Part shown: positions 59,134-64,000 of the stretch, piece by piece
Layout of the letters: each line of letters starts with the position of its first letter
Position numbering within the stretch: position 1 is the stretch's first letter
From: an uncultured Candidatus Saccharibacteria bacterium
GTDB taxonomy: Bacteria > Patescibacteriota > Minisyncoccia > Phycocordibacterales > JACOZG01
DNA: 64,000 nt
Reading direction: 5' to 3'
Assembly: GCA_964651115.1 (NCBI GenBank)
Contig: CAZYXJ010000001.1
Span: 213,077 to 277,076 of the forward strand
Position numbers and translations under genes: made by a program
The notes under the pieces: generated by a model
What the model was told of the DNA's origin: nothing
Database searches by the model: none
The model's input: the letters and a program-made list of their open reading frames with translations, nothing else

Positions 59134-60252
59134 TTACTGACTGATCGTCACCGGCTTGCCGTCTTTAATCATGCGCACTACGGCCTTAGAATTTACAACG
59201 CCATTATCATCTATTGTTAGGTCCTTACCAAGAGCACCATCAAACTTAGGAATATCGGCGATTGCATCACGGATCTCACTTCTGCTGGGCTTAACTTCTC
59301 CGTTGCCCGCAGACTCTGTGGCCATAACAATCAGGTTAAGAACATCGTAGGCGTTAGCAGCGCCAAACTTTGGTCCTTGGTCATAGCGTTTAGTATATAA
59401 GTCAACAAACCATTGAGTTGGATCAGCGCCATTGACGTACCACATCCCCTCAAACAGTGACAACTGATCAGAAAACTCAAAAGCTTCCATCGTTGTTACC
59501 GGTGTCGTGATTCCGGCCTCACGCATTTGTTTGGCAAGAATTTCCAATTCGGGCGTGGTTGCCTCAAGAACATAGATGTCGGCACCCGAGATTTTAAAAC
59601 CCTTATCGATAAGGGTTTTAAAATCTCGGGTGCCAGTGTTAAACTTCTGAGTCGAAAGCACTTGGATATTAGTATTTTTTATATCCTTCTCGAAGCTGTT
59701 AATGATTGCTGCTACCCCTTGGTTATCTTGCTGCGCAAAAAAGACAAGCTTTTTTATGCCTCTTTTTTGTAACTCTTGAATAAAGAGCCGCGAATCCTCA
59801 TACGGTGGTGTGTAGTGAACAAAGTTATACTCACCGTCAGCCACCTGAGAAGCCGAAGCAAAGTCATTAATATGAGGCACTCCATTTTTCTCGGCAATCG
59901 GACTAATCACACTGCCCACCGGCGACCCAAAAGATACCAAAACGTCTGCCTTATCAATGGCGATAAGCTTGTTCGCCACGGTCGCACCCAGAGCTGGCTT
60001 AAACTGATCGTCTTCAAAGATAAGTTTGTAGTTATATTTGAGATTTTTTGGCAATCCCTCCTGTGCCAAGGTAATTGCGTTTTTGGCACTTTGGCCAAGC
60101 ATGGCTACGTCTCCGGTCAACGGCAAACTAACGCCAACGATAACTGTTGGTCTCATCGCCTCTGGGACTTGAGAATCTTGCCTGGTCAAAACCAGGCCTA
60201 TCAGGACGATGATGACAAGACCAATAATGGTCCAAATTATTTTTTTATTCAT
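59134..60252 (-). CDS. ABC transporter substrate-binding protein, type I PBP (Liv-like), paralog 8
   Basis: 372 aa; N-terminus MNKKIIWTIIGLVIIVLIGLV. Confidence 0.7.
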   Translation of the reverse strand: MNKKIIWTIIGLVIIVLIGLVLTRQDSQVPEAMRPTVIVGVSLPLTGDVAMLGQSAKNAITLAQEGLPKNLKYNYKLIFEDDQFKPALGATVANKLIAIDKADVLVSFGSPVGSVISPIAEKNGVPHINDFASASQVADGEYNFVHYTPPYEDSRLFIQELQKRGIKKLVFFAQQDNQGVAAIINSFEKDIKNTNIQVLSTQKFNTGTRDFKTLIDKGFKISGADIYVLEATTPELEILAKQMREAGITTPVTTMEAFEFSDQLSLFEGMWYVNGADPTQWFVDLYTKRYDQGPKFGAANAYDVLNLIVMATESAGNGEVKPSRSEIRDAIADIPKFDGALGKDLTIDDNGVVNSKAVVRMIKDGKPVTISQ

Positions 60253-60421
60253 ATATGATTATAAATATATCTTATATCCACTCAAGCATAAACTAGATTT
60301 TTCTCTTGTCATTAATAATTATCTAATTGCCACAGGAAATATGGCCTTAACTAAAGGTTTTTTAACTTATTAATTTTTTTGTTCGTTAAAAGTGACAAAT
60401 GTTTAAATACGTGTTAGAGTT

Positions 60422-61222
60422 ATGGTTATGATAAATAGCCAAGTAACTAACCAGTTAAAGGACACTGGTCTAAGCGAGAAAGCAGCCTTAGTTTATACCA
60501 CCTTACTTAAACTTGGTGGGGCCTACCCTTCTAGCCTCGCAGCCGCCACCAAGCTTAACCGTAGTACCGTTTATAAACTTCTCCTAGATCTATCAATAAA
60601 AGGATTGGTCACCGAGGTTGAACGAGGCAAAAAACTTTACTACCAAGCTGAAAAACCTGAAAAATTACTTAGGTTTGCAAAAAATCAAGCCGATTTAGCC
60701 AAAGGGGCTTACGACCAGATTCGACAACTAATACCAGAGCTCGAAACGATTTTTGCTTCCAATCCCAACAAACCGGTAATCCGCTACTTCCAAGACAAGG
60801 CCGGCATTGCTTCTATCTACGAAGAAATGGTATCTGAAAAAAAATATGAAATGGTCTCTTTTTCCCACGGAGAAGCTTTTAAGAATTACCTGCCCACTGC
60901 GGCACTAAGGAAATTTGTGCGCGCAAAAGAGCGCAATGGCATCACCACCCGAGCGATTGCTCCAGACACGGAGGAAAACCGAAAATATACCACTGCCGTT
61001 TTTGAGGGTATCAAGAAAGACTTCTGGCTAGAGATCCGTTATGTTCCTAACGAATTTTTTCCTTTCGAGGCGGAAATTACGCTTTATGGAAACTCGAAGC
61101 TGGCGCTAACAAAACTGCGCGGCGACAAGTTAATCGGTGTTGTTATCGACGAAAAATTGATTCATGACATGTTCAAAATGATTTTTGAACTAGTCTGGCG
61201 CTCAGATCAAGTTAAGAAATAA
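60422..61222 (+). CDS. TrmB-family transcriptional regulator
   Basis: 266 aa; N-terminal TrmB-type wHTH (LSEKAALVYTTLLKLGGAYPSSLAAATKLNRSTVYKLLLDLSIKGLV); divergent from the SBP cluster. Confidence 0.6.
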   Translation: MVMINSQVTNQLKDTGLSEKAALVYTTLLKLGGAYPSSLAAATKLNRSTVYKLLLDLSIKGLVTEVERGKKLYYQAEKPEKLLRFAKNQADLAKGAYDQIRQLIPELETIFASNPNKPVIRYFQDKAGIASIYEEMVSEKKYEMVSFSHGEAFKNYLPTAALRKFVRAKERNGITTRAIAPDTEENRKYTTAVFEGIKKDFWLEIRYVPNEFFPFEAEITLYGNSKLALTKLRGDKLIGVVIDEKLIHDMFKMIFELVWRSDQVKK

Positions 61223-61435
61223 CCGCCCATGCGGAGACTTCAGAAACAAAGTTCTGGGAATCACCAGAGATGCCAAGATTCGGCCAGACAAACTCGACGC
61301 TAGAGGTTATATGAAATACTTTCTTGAGAAAGGAGCAACTCGAGGGAAACAAAAACTGATACAGTAGTTTATAAGTCGATTATTACTTATCAATAAAAGA
61401 GTCACAGTCGCCGGTAATGCTCTGGAGAGTTTTCG

Positions 61436-61495
61436 CTCCCTCAACACGCGATACTCCTCGGGAGTTAAACGTTTTTTGATTTCTTGTTCGTCCAT
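61436..61495 (-). pseudogene. msrB 5' fragment (first ~19 codons) duplicated downstream of msrA
   Basis: About 60 bp identical to 43439-43498, encoding MDEQEIKKRLTPEEYRVLRE; the reading frame then diverges and ends after 62 aa with no MsrB catalytic region; coordinates approximate to within 1 nt. Confidence 0.55.
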
Positions 61496-61505
61496 AGTGA
61501 ATAAA

Positions 61506-62045
61506 TTATTTTAGCAAAGCGGCAAAACGCGCCTGCAACTTTTCTAACTTAGGCGCGATCACGAGCCGACAATAATCCTGGTCGGAATGACGCTCGTAAT
61601 ACTCCCGATGATAATCCTCCGCTTCGTAGAATTGCTGAAGCGGAACGACCTCGGTGACGACCGGGTCAGGAAAAGCATTGGCCCGGTTAAGCTCCTGGAC
61701 TAACGTCGCCGCCTCGGACTGCTCCGTCGCGTTGCCGTAAAAAATGGCAGAGCGGTACTGCGAACCCACATCATTGCCCTGGCGATTAAGCGTTGTGGGA
61801 TCGTGAGTGTTAAAAAAGACAGCTAACAGGTCGGCGTAAGAGATCACCGCGGGATCATAACTAATCTTGATCGCCTCAGCGTGGCCAGTCTCGCCCGTGC
61901 TTACCTCGTCGTAGGTTGGATTTTCAGTCGTACCGCCAGCATAGCCCGGCACCACCGACCGCACACCATTGAGCCGCCGAAAAACCGCTTCTGTGCACCA
62001 AAAACAGCCATTAGCAAAAACCGCCGTTGCCAAATTTTCCATCAA
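61506..62045 (-). CDS. msrA: peptide-methionine (S)-S-oxide reductase
   Basis: 179 aa; catalytic GCFWC motif; probable true start is the ATG 3 nt inside the ORF-track (TTG) start. Confidence 0.85.
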   Translation of the reverse strand: MMENLATAVFANGCFWCTEAVFRRLNGVRSVVPGYAGGTTENPTYDEVSTGETGHAEAIKISYDPAVISYADLLAVFFNTHDPTTLNRQGNDVGSQYRSAIFYGNATEQSEAATLVQELNRANAFPDPVVTEVVPLQQFYEAEDYHREYYERHSDQDYCRLVIAPKLEKLQARFAALLK

Positions 62046-62049
62046 ATTA

Positions 62050-62086
62050 ATTATAACACTGGCTACCCCTGCCGCCGCTCAGAGAA
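62050..62086 (-). promoter_or_regulatory. conserved msr promoter/operator element (copy 2)
   Basis: On the minus strand: TTCTCTGAGCGGCGGCAGGGGTAGCCAGTGTTATAAT, only 7 nt upstream of the msrA ATG (leaderless-like); it overlaps the last codons of the upstream membrane-protein ORF. Confidence 0.45.
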
Positions 62087-62545
62087 TTTGAGGAACAGGT
62101 TGTTTAATTTTTTCTCGATAAGTCCTATCAAAAACATAACCGCATAGATCGATAAAATAAGAAACAACAAAACGGGCAACACCATAGTGCCAACAAACCC
62201 CAACATAAATAAAATCCCATATGAGATGGGGATTAATGGTTCAAATGGCCCAGAAAGCACAACAAAAACCGGGACATAAGAAAGGATGGATAAGCAAATT
62301 ATCGTCCTCACAACATCGGCAAAATATGGCCTCATCTTGTCTTTCAAGAATTCAATGAGGAGATAGTTCATCACCAGAAAAGCAACGACCATCCCCCAAG
62401 ACATTATTTTGTAATCAACTTGAACCTGCTCGAAAGCAGTAAAAACCGCCTGAAGAGTAACGGGGAAGAATAGGGTAATGGCCGCCAAAAATTGAAATTT
62501 ATAGCGAATAGACTCTACTGCCTTAGGGGAAGCTACTGTGATCAT
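62063..62545 (-). CDS. hypothetical membrane protein
   Basis: 160 aa with 4-5 TM helices; its 3' end lies inside the conserved msr promoter element, so the C-terminus is uncertain. Confidence 0.4.
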   Translation of the reverse strand: MITVASPKAVESIRYKFQFLAAITLFFPVTLQAVFTAFEQVQVDYKIMSWGMVVAFLVMNYLLIEFLKDKMRPYFADVVRTIICLSILSYVPVFVVLSGPFEPLIPISYGILFMLGFVGTMVLPVLLFLILSIYAVMFLIGLIEKKLNNLFLKFSERRQG

Positions 62546-62924
62546 GGCCCAACTATACTCTAATCCCGAAATACTACAAACGGAACTATGCGAAGTATCT
62601 ACTGACCGAAGGATCGATGTTTGAAAAGGGAGATCTGCTTAGTAATCTCAGAAGTAAAATTCGTGTTCGTAATAAGCTAGTCGAATCAAGTTCTGGCTGA
62701 AAACCTGTTACACTTTAATTCTCTGGAAAACAACCGCAAGTGTCTGTTAAGAGCATGGCTAGACTCTGCGAAAAAACCTCGTCAGAGCAGCATAAATACT
62801 GACCGAAGTTAAATAATTGAACCAAAGACTCATTTTCATTCTCGATAGGACCATCCTTTCGTTTTCCTTCGGTATAAAATATTCCCTTTTTTGGAGATAT
62901 GGACATGAATAGCCATATATCTTT

Positions 62925-63503
62925 TTGTCCAATTTCCCACCACGGCACGAAACGCAACAAATCTTGTCTCTCAAAATCCAAAAGTACAATTGGATTATCC
63001 GAGATCGCGAACTGGTCACTACTATCCTGCGGAATTTCAAGAACATGCAAATTTCCTCTGCGATATATCCGCTCTGCAAGATCACCTGCGGACTGTGCGG
63101 TTCGGGAGTGACAGCGGATGAAAAATTCAAAAAGCTCAAGGACGGAACGACAAACAGATACGTCTACTACGGATGCACAAAATTCAAGGACAAGAATTGC
63201 CAATGCGGATACCTACGAGAAGAAGACTTGATCGAACAATTGGCAAACGTACTCGACACCATCTCTCTCGACGAAATCGGAATGAAAGATAGGATCAAGA
63301 CAGAGATCGAATCGCACAACGAATTCCAAGAGTCTGTGCTTGGACGAGAGATAAAAGAAAAAGTGAAGATCAAAGAAGTGGATATTAGGAACTATGCGAA
63401 ACACATTTTGAGGAAGAGACCGATGTATGAAAAGCGGGAGTTGCTGAGTCACCTAAGAAGCAAGCTGATACTGAAAGAGAAGAAAGTTACTCTGCGGGGA
63501 TAA
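62925..63503 (+). pseudogene. C-terminal fragment of a large serine recombinase (zinc beta-ribbon and coiled-coil region)
   Basis: ...CGLCGSGVTADEKFKKLKDGTTNRYVYYGCTKFKDKNCQCGYLREEDLIEQL... matches the recombinase zinc-ribbon region; no resolvase catalytic domain upstream; AT-rich DNA with overlapping ORFs on both strands. Confidence 0.4.
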
Positions 63504-63879
63504 TTTCTGGAGTAACAACTTCAGTATCCGTCGCCGACACAATTGCCTCCTGTGCAATTCTTGCCGCTTCTACCAAGTGACCATCTAGTACCTTGAACAC
63601 AGCAGGTAAATCTTCCTTATAGGTAGCTGTATAATTACCAACATGTAGAGTCTTCTCCTTCTCATGAAGGTTCAGTGCCTTTATAGTAACAGAATTTGTT
63701 TGCCAATAAGCAGCAAGCTTAACCTTATCCAAGACCTTAGTGAACTCATTAATATGTGGAATATAGTTGCGACCATCTTCTCTAGCTGACGCAAAAACAC
63801 TCGCAAAATTTCTCAGAAGATAGTTAGCAAAATGCTCAGCATTTTCTGGTATAGATAGGTCAAAGCAAACTCCAAACAA
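63487..63879 (-). CDS. hypothetical protein
   Basis: 130 aa ORF closed by an in-frame upstream stop; AT-rich; no domain recognised. Confidence 0.3.
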   Translation of the reverse strand: MFGVCFDLSIPENAEHFANYLLRNFASVFASAREDGRNYIPHINEFTKVLDKVKLAAYWQTNSVTIKALNLHEKEKTLHVGNYTATYKEDLPAVFKVLDGHLVEAARIAQEAIVSATDTEVVTPEIIPAE

Positions 63880-64000
63880 ATAATCGTTAATTGCTTCTGC
63901 TATGAGATGTTTATCCTCTTTACCTGATGGGTCATAATATCCACAACCAACCCCACTACTGATAAATGAATTCCCTAATTGATAGACGGTAAATCCTGTT

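Noticed and set aside
62715-63203. 162-aa and 126-aa minus-strand ORFs overlapping the serine-recombinase fragment
   Set aside because: No recognisable domains. The plus-strand frame carries the recombinase zinc-ribbon signature, so the minus-strand ORFs are more likely AT-rich artefacts.

Overview
This 64-kb window has moderately high GC and is dominated by minus-strand genes. It is compatible with a small-genome bacterium such as the CPR/Patescibacteria, but that placement is an inference. The supporting observations are a split transketolase, a minimal pentose-phosphate and glycolysis core, membrane-anchored solute-binding proteins and a DGR.

Housekeeping blocks:
- prfA, rpmE and rplY.
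- fba, a PfkB kinase, tktN/tktC, rpe, rpiB and gap.
- groES/groEL, secG, RNase J, a UvrD-type helicase-nuclease, rluB/rsuA, and msrA/msrB.

Diversity-generating retroelement (about 4.5-7.0 kb):
- A 338-aa reverse transcriptase carries the YADD motif and the DGR-type LGNLTSQ motif.
- A 122-bp template repeat (5908-6029) and a variable repeat (6408-6529) lie exactly 500 bp apart. They differ at 22 positions, every one at a template-repeat adenine.
- The variable repeat forms the C-terminus of a 219-aa target protein.
- An Avd-like four-helix-bundle ORF lies between the template repeat and the RT, unusually on the opposite strand.
- A C9/G9 homopolymer sits at the RT start.

Other notable regions:
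- 16.1-24.7 kb is a low-GC mosaic island beside tRNA-Ser(GGA). It carries a Type IIL (MmeI-like) restriction-modification enzyme, an HTH-Panacea antitoxin with a RelE-like toxin, a MazG-like gene, a DUF4406 gene, an AlkD-like repair gene and a PEP-CTERM protein.
- 43.5-61.2 kb is a branched-chain-type ABC transporter locus. It has one LivHMGF set but eight paralogous solute-binding proteins, interleaved with four SAM-dependent methyltransferases (one CFA-synthase-like) and two winged-helix regulators.
- msrB and msrA, 18 kb apart, share a roughly 37-45 bp promoter/operator element. A 60-bp copy of the msrB 5' end sits just downstream of msrA.
- A decayed serine-recombinase fragment lies near the 3' end of the window.
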